A stretch of DNA of 64,000 nt from Candidatus Undivivens industriae (GTDB taxonomy: Bacteria; Omnitrophota; Gorgyraeia; Gygaellales; Profunditerraquicolaceae), in assembly GCA_012514745.1 (NCBI GenBank), contig JAAYZR010000002.1, positions 104,962 to 168,961 of the forward strand. The letters are read 5' to 3'. Below the pieces are notes generated by a model. That model worked only from the letters and a program-made list of their open reading frames with translations, was not told the origin of the DNA and did not search any database. Within the stretch, counting starts at the first letter, position 1. Each line of letters begins with the position of its first letter. Positions 1 to 9,165 of the stretch are shown here, in pieces. The position numbers were made by a program, and so were the translations under genes.

Positions 1-1
1 C

Positions 2-787
2 CTTTTTCTGAAACAACAGGGGTTCAGGCAGAAGGTGCACAACCTGATCGTAGTGGAAGAGGGTGCCAAGGCCTACATAATAACCGGGTGTTCCGCCTCT
101 CACTCCGCTTCCGAAGGCATGCATATGGGCATATCGGAATTCTTCGTGCACAACGGGGCATATCTTAATTTTACCATGATCCATTCCTGGCAGGAGAGCG
201 TCAGCGTGAAACCGGTGAGCATCGCTTCCGTCGGGGAAGAGGCGGTGTTTATCTCGAATTACGTCTGTATGAAACCGGTGCGCGACATCACTATGTATCC
301 CACGGCTCTTTTGCACGGCAGAAAGGCGCGGACGAGCTTTAATTCCATAATACTTTCGCACCCCGGTTCCCTGCAGGACGTCGGATCCCGCGTTGCGCTG
401 CAGGCAGAGGAGACGCAGGCGGAGATCATCTCGAGGGCGGTCAGCCTGGGCGGGAAGGTGGTGGCCCGCGGGCATATCAAGGCCGCCGCCCGTAACGTCA
501 AAGGCCACCTGGAATGCCGGGGCCTGATACTGCCGGAACAGGGCAGCATTTACGCGATACCGGAGATGGAGACCGATTACCGCGATGTGGATCTTTCGCA
601 TGAAGCCGCCATCGGCAGGATCAACAAGGACGAAATCGAATACCTGCGTTGCCGCGGGTTCTCTCCCCAGGAGGCGCAGTCGCTGATCGTGCGCGGATTC
701 ATGGATGTCGGTGTGCTGGGTCTGCCGGACAAGTTGAAGGCTGAGATAGAAGAGCTGGAGAACGGCACGCTGAAAGCGGGACTGTAA
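2..787 (+). CDS. SufB/SufD family Fe-S cluster assembly protein (5'-truncated by window edge)
   Basis: Frame is open from base 2; contains GHLECRGLIL, LSHEAAIGRI, EIEYLRCRG and IVRGF motifs typical of the SufBD C-terminus. Confidence 0.9.
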   Translation, partial: LFLKQQGFRQKVHNLIVVEEGAKAYIITGCSASHSASEGMHMGISEFFVHNGAYLNFTMIHSWQESVSVKPVSIASVGEEAVFISNYVCMKPVRDITMYPTALLHGRKARTSFNSIILSHPGSLQDVGSRVALQAEETQAEIISRAVSLGGKVVARGHIKAAARNVKGHLECRGLILPEQGSIYAIPEMETDYRDVDLSHEAAIGRINKDEIEYLRCRGFSPQEAQSLIVRGFMDVGVLGLPDKLKAEIEELENGTLKAGL

Positions 788-800
788 AGCGGGGGAAGAG

Positions 801-1745
801 ATGCTCAAACCAAAAGTTGCGGTCATCGGCTGCGGCAACGTCGGCATGCGCTACGCCCACAGTCTTATGATCGGAGGAGCGGCCAGGTCGATCGTGCTTG
901 TCGACGTCGACGTAGAACGCGCGGAAGGAGAGGTTCTCGATCTTTCCAGCGGCATGCCGTATATTGTTTCCCCGGTAGAGGTCTCTTCCGGGACATACGC
1001 GGATATCGCGGGATCGGACCTGGTGGTGATTACCGCCGGGCGCAAGCAAAGCCCGGGCCAGACGCGCATGGCGCTGGCGAAGGACAACGTGGATCTCTTC
1101 CGCCGGATCGTCCCCGAGATAGTAAAACACGCCCCAGACGCGGTTCTTCTTGTTGTTTCCAATCCGGTGGATGTCCTGTCTTACGCCGCGTATAAATTCT
1201 CCGGCAGGCCTTCCGGGAAGGTGATAGGTTCCGGCACGGTGCTGGATTCCGGCAGGCTGCGCTGGCTGCTCTCATGCCATTGCGGGGTCGACGCGCGCAA
1301 CATTCACGCTTACATGCTGGGGGAGCACGGGGACAGCGAGTTCCCTGTCTGGAGCCGCGCTATGATCGGCGGGATATTGCTGGATGAATATTGTCCGGTC
1401 TGCGGAAAATGCGACCGCGGGGACCTGCTGGAAAAAATATCGGAGGAAGTGCGCACTTTCGCTTACAAGGTCATCGAGCGCAAAGGGGAGACTTCCTACG
1501 GTATCGGGCTCGCCCTGGTGCGTATCACCCAGGCCGTTCTGCACGACCAGAATTCCGTGTTGCCGGTCGGCTGCCTCGTTGCGGATTATTACGGTATCAA
1601 TGACGTCTATATGAGTCTCCCGGCGTTGGTGAATCGTTCCGGATTGCGGCAGATCCTCAGGCCCAGGCTTAACGACGTGGAGATCGGTTTGTTGAAGAAG
1701 TCGGCCGCAGAGATAAGAAACGTGCTGGACGAGTGCGGCTTATGA
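801..1745 (+). CDS. ldh: L-lactate dehydrogenase
   Basis: GCGNVG Rossmann motif, VVSNPVD, GSGTVLDSGR, GEHGDS; Gln in RKQSPGQTR indicates LDH rather than MDH. Confidence 0.9.
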   Translation: MLKPKVAVIGCGNVGMRYAHSLMIGGAARSIVLVDVDVERAEGEVLDLSSGMPYIVSPVEVSSGTYADIAGSDLVVITAGRKQSPGQTRMALAKDNVDLFRRIVPEIVKHAPDAVLLVVSNPVDVLSYAAYKFSGRPSGKVIGSGTVLDSGRLRWLLSCHCGVDARNIHAYMLGEHGDSEFPVWSRAMIGGILLDEYCPVCGKCDRGDLLEKISEEVRTFAYKVIERKGETSYGIGLALVRITQAVLHDQNSVLPVGCLVADYYGINDVYMSLPALVNRSGLRQILRPRLNDVEIGLLKKSAAEIRNVLDECGL

Positions 1746-2452
1746 GGATATTCGATGTTTCTTTTACCGGCGGCATGGAAAGGACTTCCTGCATTAGGAG
1801 TTTTCGTTTCGACTGCGCGGAGAAGATTGATTTCCTTCCCGGGCAGTTCCTGAAACTTATTTTCGATGAGGCGGCCCCGGAGAACGGGGAATTGAATAAA
1901 TACCTTTCTTTTTCCTGTTCGCCCCACCGCGGGTACATTGAGGTGACGAAAAAGTTGACCGGGAGCAGGTTTTCCCTGCGCCTGCAGGCGCTTAAGACCG
2001 GAGAGAAAGTCAAACTGCAGGCGCCGATGGGCCGCTGCACGCTCCACCCGGAATACTCCCGGGTGGGTTTTATCTGCGGAGGCATCGGCATAACCCCGGT
2101 GATCTCGATGATAGATTATATGGCATACAAAGGATTCCCGGCGGACGCCGTTCTTTTCTATTCCAACAGGACCGCCGAAGAAACGGCGTTCAAACGAGAC
2201 CTGGACCTCTGGAAAACTGATAACGGCCGGTTAAAGGTGCACTATGCGGTTACCGACTGCCGGCCGCCGGAGGAGGGCTGTTTTTATGGGCGGATAGACC
2301 GCGCTTTCATAGAAGAGCGCGACCCGTTATTCAAGGAGAGAACGGTATTCATCTTCGGGCCTCCCGTCATGGTAACGGAAATGAGAGGGATTTGTTCGCA
2401 GATCGGGTGCCTCGGAAGCAACATTAAAAGCGAAGGTTTCACCGGCTATTGA
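1742..2452 (+). CDS. FAD/NAD(P)-binding oxidoreductase, ferredoxin reductase-like
   Basis: FLPGQF, YLSFSCSP, ICGGIGITP, LFYSNR, IFGPPVM; ATG at 1742 overlaps the ldh stop. Confidence 0.85.
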   Translation: MRIFDVSFTGGMERTSCIRSFRFDCAEKIDFLPGQFLKLIFDEAAPENGELNKYLSFSCSPHRGYIEVTKKLTGSRFSLRLQALKTGEKVKLQAPMGRCTLHPEYSRVGFICGGIGITPVISMIDYMAYKGFPADAVLFYSNRTAEETAFKRDLDLWKTDNGRLKVHYAVTDCRPPEEGCFYGRIDRAFIEERDPLFKERTVFIFGPPVMVTEMRGICSQIGCLGSNIKSEGFTGY

Positions 2453-2462
2453 AGAAGGAGGC

Positions 2463-2864
2463 GTGAAAATGACTTTGATGAAAGACCTGTTCCAGAATGC
2501 CGATTGGAAAACGGAAAAACACGTTCCGGCCATAGATTTGCCTCTTCAGGCGTCTAAAGACGGGACATTCGAGATAATCGTGACGGTTGGCAGGCAGATC
2601 CCGCATCCAAATACTTCAGCTCATCATATCGCTTATATAGAGGTGTATTTTCTTCCGCAGGGCGAGAAATTCCCTTATCAGGCCGCCAGGTGCGAATTCC
2701 CAGCGCATGGGGCCTCTACCCAGGGGGCGGACACCAGCGGAGTATATTCTCTCCCCGAGGCAAGGGTCAAGATAAAAACAGAGAAGCCCGGCACGGTGGT
2801 AGCCTGCGCTTATTGTAATATCCACGGGCTCTGGGAGAATTCGGCTGTATTGACTATCGGCTGA
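2463..2864 (+). CDS. Superoxide reductase (neelaredoxin / class II SOR)
   Basis: EKHVP, HPNTSAHHI and CNIHGLW iron ligands; exact start (2463, 2469 or 2478) uncertain. Confidence 0.92.
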   Translation: MKMTLMKDLFQNADWKTEKHVPAIDLPLQASKDGTFEIIVTVGRQIPHPNTSAHHIAYIEVYFLPQGEKFPYQAARCEFPAHGASTQGADTSGVYSLPEARVKIKTEKPGTVVACAYCNIHGLWENSAVLTIG

Positions 2865-3131
2865 GATTTTCGTGCCGGCGGTTGATCAAAACGGGATGAT
2901 TGGCTGTAAGCTTCAGGGAGGTTGCTGGAGCGATCGAGAATCAAAAAGGGGAATTTGATCCGCTGGGAATTCTCGACCGAGGCCTGATTTCTCTTGGTTA
3001 TTGTCGGGAAAGGAAGAGCAGTAAATCCGCAGCCGAATATGCGCTGTGTACCGGCGACGCATCGGCTTCGCCGGAAAAATAGAGAAGCCGCTGGTTTTAG
3101 CGCGAAGGGTTTCTCTCCGGAGGGAAAAATT

Positions 3132-4175
3132 ATGCTGACCAAGGTATTCGGGTTTATCCTGGGGGCGGTATTGTTGTCGTCCGGCGCGGCTTTTGCCGCC
3201 GGGGAACGAGGCGAATTCATTTACCGCGGGGTGGTTTACGCCATGAAAGCCGATTTCTCTTCGGCATCCGCGGAATTCCGGCAGGCATATCAGCTCAACA
3301 GGTTCGATCCGGAGGCGGATTTTTACCTGCAGATAATTGAAGATATCCGGCAGGGTCTGGTGCCTTCTTCTACGGCTGTGAATATATTTAAGGGCGTGGA
3401 TTATTTCCGCAAGAAATACCATAATCCGGCGTTGGAAGAACTGGACTTCGCCATAGAAGCCAGCCCCGGTTACATAAAAGCGTATCTCATACGTTGTAAT
3501 ATTTTCCTCGATAAGGCGGATTACAGGTCCGCCGGGGCCGACGGGGAAAAGATGGTAGGGATGGATTCTTCTTACGCCCCGGGATACAACGCCAGGGGCA
3601 GGGTTCATCTGGAGACCGGGATGTACGAGAAGGCCCTACGGGATTTCGGCAGCGCAATAGAGCTGGATGAGGATTACAGCGAGGCTTACGATAACCGGGG
3701 CAACGCTTATTTCAGACTCGGAACCTTTGATTCCGCCCTGGCCGATTTCAACGAATCCCTGCGCATAGACCCTTTTTACGTGCAGGCGTACAACGACCGC
3801 GGCAATGTCTTCCTGCGTCTTAAACAGTACGCCAAGGCCATCGCGGATTATTCCAGGGCAATAGAGCTGGATCCCGCCTGCGTTAAGGCCTACAATAACC
3901 GGGGTGTCGTCTTCCGCCGGCAGGAGAAATATATGGACGCCCTTAACGATTTCAACATGGCTTTGAAGATAGATCCCGGATTCTTTGCCGCTTATTTCAA
4001 CAAGGCGCTTGTGTTCGACAAGCTTTTTAAGGGCAGGGAAGCCGCGGCGGCGTATTCCGATTTCCTCGCCAGGGCGGGAAAGGACGTTCAACAGGAACAG
4101 AATATCGCGTACGCCAAGCGACGGCTGGCATTCTGGCGGGGGCAGGAGACCGGCAAGGATATCGTGAGCGAATGA
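3132..4175 (+). CDS. Exported tetratricopeptide repeat protein
   Basis: GGAGG RBS before ATG 3132, signal peptide ending AFA, repeated AYNNRG...A..D...AI.LDP units. Confidence 0.85.
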   Translation: MLTKVFGFILGAVLLSSGAAFAAGERGEFIYRGVVYAMKADFSSASAEFRQAYQLNRFDPEADFYLQIIEDIRQGLVPSSTAVNIFKGVDYFRKKYHNPALEELDFAIEASPGYIKAYLIRCNIFLDKADYRSAGADGEKMVGMDSSYAPGYNARGRVHLETGMYEKALRDFGSAIELDEDYSEAYDNRGNAYFRLGTFDSALADFNESLRIDPFYVQAYNDRGNVFLRLKQYAKAIADYSRAIELDPACVKAYNNRGVVFRRQEKYMDALNDFNMALKIDPGFFAAYFNKALVFDKLFKGREAAAAYSDFLARAGKDVQQEQNIAYAKRRLAFWRGQETGKDIVSE

Positions 4176-4190
4176 TGCCGGGGAGTTTTA

Positions 4191-4223
4191 CTCAAACCGC
4201 GGAAATTCCCGGCTTTCAAGCCC
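4191..4223 (+). repeat. Partial copy of dispersed palindromic repeat
   Basis: CTCAAACCGCGGAAATTCCCGGCTTTCAAGCCC matches the copies at 11981 and 27867 (reverse). Confidence 0.65.
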
Positions 4224-4236
4224 AAAGGAGGAGCCG

Positions 4237-5433
4237 GTGCTTTGTGAAATAAGCAAAGGTGTATTCTGGGTCGGTGCCGTGGACTGGAACGTCAGGAATT
4301 TTCACGGCCACACTTTCAATACTTTCTCGGGAACGACGTATAATGCTTACCTTATAATAGATGACAAGATCACTCTGATAGATACCGTATTCGGGCCTTT
4401 CTCACGGGATTTGCTGGAGAATATCTCCGCGATCGTGCCTCCGGAGAAGATAGATTATGTGGTGGCGAACCACGTGGAAACCGACCATTCGGGAGCCTTG
4501 CCGGAAGTGATGCGCGCGGCCCCGCGGGCAAAGCTGTTAGGTACGGCAAAATGCCGCGAGGGTCTATCCAGGCATTATTACGCGGATTGGCCTTTTCAGA
4601 CCGTAAAGACCGGCGACAGACTTGTCCTGGGGAAGAAATCGCTCATTTTTATTGAAGCCCCCATGCTGCATTGGCCGGACAGCATGTTCACTTATCTGGA
4701 TGAAAAGGAAATACTGTTTTCCAACGACGCTTTTGGGCAGCACCTCGCCCACTGCAGAAGGTTCGCCGACGAGGCCGAGCAGGGGATGCTTATGCGCGAG
4801 GCGGCCAAATACTACGCTAATATCCTCTGGCCTTTAAGCCGGCTTGTATCCGGAAAGATCGCGGAACTGCGGAAAAGCGGCCTGCCGGTCTCTATGATCG
4901 CTCCCAGCCACGGTATGATATGGCGTAACGACCCCGGCGCGATAATCGAGAGCTACTCCCGCTGGGCGCTGAATTCTTCAGTCCCTAGGGCCGTGGTCGT
5001 CTATGAAAGCATGTGGGGAGGCACTGAAAAGATGGCGGGCGCGATTTACTCCGGGTTGTTGGAGACGGGGGCCGAAGCCGAGGTGTTCGATATAAACAGG
5101 GCTGACCGCACGGAAATAATAGGCAGGATGCTTGAGGCCGGCGGATATCTTTTTGGTTCATCCACCCATGACAACGGCATGCTGCCGAATCTCGCCGGAT
5201 TCCTTCATTTGCTCAAGGGATTAAAACCGCAGAACCGTCTTAGCGCGGTTTTCGGTTCTTTCGGCTGGGCCGGCGGGGCGGTGAATGAGATGGAAGCGTT
5301 GTTGTCCGGAGCCGGCATACCGCCGGCTTGCCGCGGGCTCTCCGTTCAATATCGCCCTTCTCCGGCTGATTTAGAGGCCTGCCGCGAATTCGGCCGTGAA
5401 TTCGGGCGCAGACTTATCGAAGCGCACAAATGA
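4237..5433 (+). CDS. fprA: Flavodiiron protein (FprA family)
   Basis: GTTYNAY, NHVETDHSG, PMLHWPDSM, FSNDAFGQH, APSHG, plus C-terminal flavodoxin domain. Confidence 0.95.
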   Translation: MLCEISKGVFWVGAVDWNVRNFHGHTFNTFSGTTYNAYLIIDDKITLIDTVFGPFSRDLLENISAIVPPEKIDYVVANHVETDHSGALPEVMRAAPRAKLLGTAKCREGLSRHYYADWPFQTVKTGDRLVLGKKSLIFIEAPMLHWPDSMFTYLDEKEILFSNDAFGQHLAHCRRFADEAEQGMLMREAAKYYANILWPLSRLVSGKIAELRKSGLPVSMIAPSHGMIWRNDPGAIIESYSRWALNSSVPRAVVVYESMWGGTEKMAGAIYSGLLETGAEAEVFDINRADRTEIIGRMLEAGGYLFGSSTHDNGMLPNLAGFLHLLKGLKPQNRLSAVFGSFGWAGGAVNEMEALLSGAGIPPACRGLSVQYRPSPADLEACREFGREFGRRLIEAHK

Positions 5434-5571
5434 ATAAAATCACGAGCCGAAGCCGGACCGCCGCCCTTGGCGCGCGGATAATATAAACACCGCTTAGTTT
5501 TAAAATCATGAGCAAACCGCGGCCTTCAGGCCGCAAAGCGCCTAATTATTTGCAGCGCGAAGGAGGTTATT

Positions 5572-5730
5572 ATGCAGAAATACCGTTGCACAGTCTGTGG
5601 TTATATATATGATCCCCAGCAGGGGGACTCTTCAGCCGGGATCGCTCCAGGGACGGCGTTCGAGGCTCTGCCGGATACCTGGGTTTGCCCCGAATGCGGT
5701 GTCGGGAAAGATATGTTCGAGAAAATTTAG
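5572..5730 (+). CDS. Rubredoxin (52 aa, absent from the ORF track)
   Basis: Manual translation [52 protein letters not shown]; two CxxCG motifs; AAGGAGG RBS. Confidence 0.97.
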   Translation: MQKYRCTVCGYIYDPQQGDSSAGIAPGTAFEALPDTWVCPECGVGKDMFEKI

Positions 5731-5737
5731 CCCGCTT

Positions 5738-6202
5738 ATGATTATCCCGGAGGAAGTTTCCTCTTTTTTGCTCGCGCAGAGTTTTGTCGTAGCCTGTTCC
5801 ATAGACGCGGACGGTTATCCGCATTCCTCCTGTAAAGGCGTGGTGGAGATAATCGCTCCCGCGGGGGAGATATACCTGCTGGACCTTTATAAGAAACGCA
5901 CTTACGGCAATATACTGCGCAGCGGCAGGTTCAGCGTAACTGCCGTCGAGGAACACGGATTCAAGGGATATTGCCTTAAAGGGGAGGCGGAGATAATTCT
6001 GAAAGAACGGTTGCCGGCAGAGGTTTTAAAGTTATGGGAGAAAAGAATAACCGCCAGGCTGGCGCAAAGATTGATAACCAACCTCGGCGGCCGCAAAGGT
6101 CATCCTTTTCATCCCGAAGCCCTGCTCCCGGCACCCGAATATATGATCAAGTTGAACGTTGCAAGTATCATGGATTTGACCCCGGCCGTTCTTAAGACTT
6201 GA
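5738..6202 (+). CDS. Pyridoxamine 5'-phosphate oxidase-like FMN-binding split-barrel protein
   Basis: VVACSIDADGYPH, RTYGNI, GYCLKGEAEI; start moved to ATG 5738, after the rubredoxin. Confidence 0.75.
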   Translation: MIIPEEVSSFLLAQSFVVACSIDADGYPHSSCKGVVEIIAPAGEIYLLDLYKKRTYGNILRSGRFSVTAVEEHGFKGYCLKGEAEIILKERLPAEVLKLWEKRITARLAQRLITNLGGRKGHPFHPEALLPAPEYMIKLNVASIMDLTPAVLKT

Positions 6203-6239
6203 CCGGCGAGGCCGCCCGGTCCCGGCAAAGGAGGCGTGT

Positions 6240-6476
6240 ATGAAGAACGTAAAGGTTTACAGCACTCCCACATGTCCTTACTGTATCCGCCTGAAACAGT
6301 TCCTTAAGGAAAGCAACGTTGTCTTCGAGGATATCGACGTTTCCGTGAACCGCGCCGCGGCGGATGAGATCGTTGACAGGACCGGCCAGATGGGCGTGCC
6401 GGTCATCGACATCGAAGGAGAGCTTATCGTGGGATTCGACCGCGAGCGCGTAAAACAGGCGCTGGGGCTGGTTTAA
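6240..6476 (+). CDS. Glutaredoxin / NrdH-like redoxin
   Basis: CPYC active site, GQMGVPVI, IVGFD. Confidence 0.95.
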   Translation: MKNVKVYSTPTCPYCIRLKQFLKESNVVFEDIDVSVNRAAADEIVDRTGQMGVPVIDIEGELIVGFDRERVKQALGLV

Positions 6477-6496
6477 ACGGGCGAGGGAGACGCGGG

Positions 6497-7402
6497 ATGA
6501 AACAGGCGGATCTTTTGATAATAGGAGGAGGGCCGGCGGGAGTCACGGCCGCCATCTATGCCGCCAGGAAGGGGCTGGATTTCATGATGATCAGCCGCGA
6601 CATCGGCGGACAGGCGGCCTTGAGCGGACGCATCGAGAATTACACCGGATGCCAGGTGGTTAGCGGTCCGGAGTTGACCGCAAGATTCGAAGAGCATCTG
6701 AAGAAATTCAGCATCAGGCTGGTGCAGCCTGAGACCGCTTTGTCCCTTACGCGGGACGGCGGGCGGTTCAGGGTCTCCGGAGAAAAAGATGCATATAGCG
6801 CCTCGGCGGTGATTGTTGCGACAGGGAAGCGTTCGCGCCTGCTGGGCGTTAAGGGAGAAAAGGAATTCCTCGGCAGGGGGCTTACCTATTGCGCGGTCTG
6901 CGACGGGCCTCTGTTCGCCGGCCGGGACGTCGCGGTCATCGGCGGCGGCAACTCGGCGCTTGACGCGGCTCTACAGATGTCGCGCATAGCCTCCAGGGTA
7001 TACGTGCTGGAATCTTCCGGGGGCTTCACGGCCGACAAGATCCTGGTAAACAGGCTTTCGGCCGCCGGCAACGTGGAGATTTATAAGAATGCCTCGGTAA
7101 TAGAGGTCATAGGCGGCCGTTTCGTGGAAGGCATACGGTTTTCGGCGCAAGGAAAAGAGTCGATACTGCCGGTGCGCGGGGTTTTCGTGGAGATAGGGCT
7201 TGCCCCCAATTCCGAATTCGCCGCCATCGCCTCCAGAAACGGAAAAGGGGAGATCAAGGTCGATTGTTCCAACGGAACCGACGTCCCCGGATTGTTCGCA
7301 GCCGGCGACGTTACCGATGTCCCGGAAAAACAGATCGTTATTGCCGCCGGCGACGGGGCAAAAGCCGCGCTTTCCGCCGCCAGATATCTGCTTTCTTTGT
7401 AA
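6497..7402 (+). CDS. trxB: Thioredoxin-disulfide reductase
   Basis: GGGPAG, CAVCDG, GGGNSA, FAAGDVTD. Confidence 0.9.
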   Translation: MKQADLLIIGGGPAGVTAAIYAARKGLDFMMISRDIGGQAALSGRIENYTGCQVVSGPELTARFEEHLKKFSIRLVQPETALSLTRDGGRFRVSGEKDAYSASAVIVATGKRSRLLGVKGEKEFLGRGLTYCAVCDGPLFAGRDVAVIGGGNSALDAALQMSRIASRVYVLESSGGFTADKILVNRLSAAGNVEIYKNASVIEVIGGRFVEGIRFSAQGKESILPVRGVFVEIGLAPNSEFAAIASRNGKGEIKVDCSNGTDVPGLFAAGDVTDVPEKQIVIAAGDGAKAALSAARYLLSL

Positions 7403-7432
7403 GTTCCGTTCAGGATAATGCCTTAAACAAGG

Positions 7433-7482
7433 TTGACAAAAAGGCATTATTTTGGTATACTCTACTATTATAATCAGGATTA
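7433..7482 (+). promoter_or_regulatory. Sigma70 promoter of the Rrf2-cysK operon with adjacent AT-rich candidate operator
   Basis: TTGACA(7433)-17 nt-TATACT(7456); the operator assignment is tentative. Confidence 0.75.
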
Positions 7483-7487
7483 TAGCC

Positions 7488-7937
7488 ATGAGAATAACAT
7501 ATAAAGGCGATTATGCGCTGAAAGCCATACTTGATCTGGCGATCCACTATCGTGACAAGCCGGATCCGGTGAGTATCCAGCACATGGCCGGCCGGTTGGA
7601 TATCCCCATCAAGTTCCTTGAGCAAGTGTTGCTGGAATTGAAGAAAGGCGGTTTTGTCGAGAGCCGCCGGGGCAAAGTAGGAGGTTATCTCCTATCAAGG
7701 CCGCCGTCGGAGATATCCCTGGGGCATGTTGTGCGTTTCATCGTTTCTCCGGTTGAGCCGATCGCCTGCGTGGAGGACGGATATAAAGGGTGCCGGGATA
7801 TATATAAGTGCGTTTTCAGGGAGGTCTGGCAGAGGGTCTCCGACGCCACTATGCGGATTGTCGACGGCGTCACTTTTTCCGACCTGCTGGAGAATCTCAA
7901 CCGTAAAGATAAAGAACAGATGGTCTATCAGATATAA
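7488..7937 (+). CDS. Rrf2 family transcriptional regulator (IscR/CymR-like)
   Basis: YALKAILDLA, FLEQVL, SRRGKVGGYLL; three Cys in PIAC...C...C. Confidence 0.93.
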   Translation: MRITYKGDYALKAILDLAIHYRDKPDPVSIQHMAGRLDIPIKFLEQVLLELKKGGFVESRRGKVGGYLLSRPPSEISLGHVVRFIVSPVEPIACVEDGYKGCRDIYKCVFREVWQRVSDATMRIVDGVTFSDLLENLNRKDKEQMVYQI

Positions 7938-7946
7938 AATACGCCG

Positions 7947-8846
7947 ATGTTAACTAAAAATGTTTCTGCCCTAATCGGGAATACTCCTCTGGTAAAATTG
8001 AATTCGCTGCCCGAGCGGCGCGGCGCGAACGTCTTCGCAAAGATTGAAGGGTTAAACCCCGGAGGCAGCATCAAAGACCGCATTTGTCTCAATATTGTCA
8101 ATGAAGCGGAGCGCAACGGGCAGTTGAAACCGGGCTATACCATAATCGAGCCCACAAGCGGCAATACCGGGATAGGTCTCGCCATGCTTTCCGCCTTGCG
8201 GGGCTACAGATGCATTATAGTCATGCCGGAAAATATGAGCCGTCAGCGCTGTGAAATACTGGGTAGTTACGGGGCGGAAGTCGTGCTCACGCCCGTTGCC
8301 GGCGGCATGCGCGCCGCGATCGATAAAGCCGGTGAAATAGGCCGTTCCGTGAAGAAAAGTTATTCCATCAGGCAGTTCAGCAACCCGGCCAATCCCGAAG
8401 CCCACCGCAGGACAACGGCAATGGAGATATTGCGCGATACCCCGGGAAGGATCGACGCCTTTGTTTGCGGTGTCGGCACAGGCGGGACGTTGACGGGCGT
8501 CGGCGCGGCGTTAAAGGCGAAGAACCCCCGCGTGAGGATTATCGCGGTCGAACCCGCGGCCAGCCCGGTTCTTTCCGGAGGTAAAGCCGGGGCGCATAAG
8601 ATACAAGGTATAGGAGCGGGGTTCATTCCTCCTGTGCTGGATGTCTCTTTGATAGACGAGGTCATTACTGTCACCGATGAGGCCGCTTTGTCCTGCCGTC
8701 GTGAATTGTCCGCGCGCGAAGGCATCTTCGCCGGGATTTCCGCGGGGGCCGCGGTATGGGCCGCGTTGAGGGCGGCGGAGAAGCTCGGCAGAGGGAAGAC
8801 GGTAGTTACGGTACTTCCGGATACGGGGGAGAGATATTTGTCCTGA
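7947..8846 (+). CDS. cysK: Cysteine synthase A
   Basis: NPGGSIKDR, EPTSGNTG, GVGTGGT, HKIQGIGAGF. Confidence 0.95.
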   Translation: MLTKNVSALIGNTPLVKLNSLPERRGANVFAKIEGLNPGGSIKDRICLNIVNEAERNGQLKPGYTIIEPTSGNTGIGLAMLSALRGYRCIIVMPENMSRQRCEILGSYGAEVVLTPVAGGMRAAIDKAGEIGRSVKKSYSIRQFSNPANPEAHRRTTAMEILRDTPGRIDAFVCGVGTGGTLTGVGAALKAKNPRVRIIAVEPAASPVLSGGKAGAHKIQGIGAGFIPPVLDVSLIDEVITVTDEAALSCRRELSAREGIFAGISAGAAVWAALRAAEKLGRGKTVVTVLPDTGERYLS

Positions 8847-8922
8847 CGCGTCTTCGCGGACCGGGCAAGGCCGTTTAAAACAGGATCACACATCAGTGGA
8901 ATGCGGCAAACGGGAGGATTAG

Positions 8923-9144
8923 ATGAGAGAAAAGGTTGAGGCAGTGCTGGAGAAGATCAAGCCGATGCTGGCGGCAGACGGCGGGAGCGTGGAGCTGGTG
9001 GATGTCGGCGACGATGGAGTGGTGAAAGTGAGACTCACCGGCAGTTGCGGATGCTGCGCTATGAGCCAGTTTACGCTGAAAATGGGCATAGAGCGCATCC
9101 TGAAACAGGAAGTGCCGGAAGTAAAAGAGGTGGTCTCGGTTTGA
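8923..9144 (+). CDS. NifU/NfuA C-terminal domain Fe-S carrier
   Basis: IKPMLAADGGSVEL, GSCGCC, TLKMGIE. Confidence 0.92.
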   Translation: MREKVEAVLEKIKPMLAADGGSVELVDVGDDGVVKVRLTGSCGCCAMSQFTLKMGIERILKQEVPEVKEVVSV

Positions 9145-9165
9145 ACGGGCCAAAGTGAGGGGGAA

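Noticed and set aside
1392-1412. CPVCGKC segment in LDH as a novel metal site
   Set aside because: I recall similar Cys-rich loops in LDHs of other anaerobes, so there is no basis for a novelty claim.
5597-5737. N-terminal extension of ORF 5597..6202
   Set aside because: It overlaps the rubredoxin in another frame; the real start is ATG 5738.
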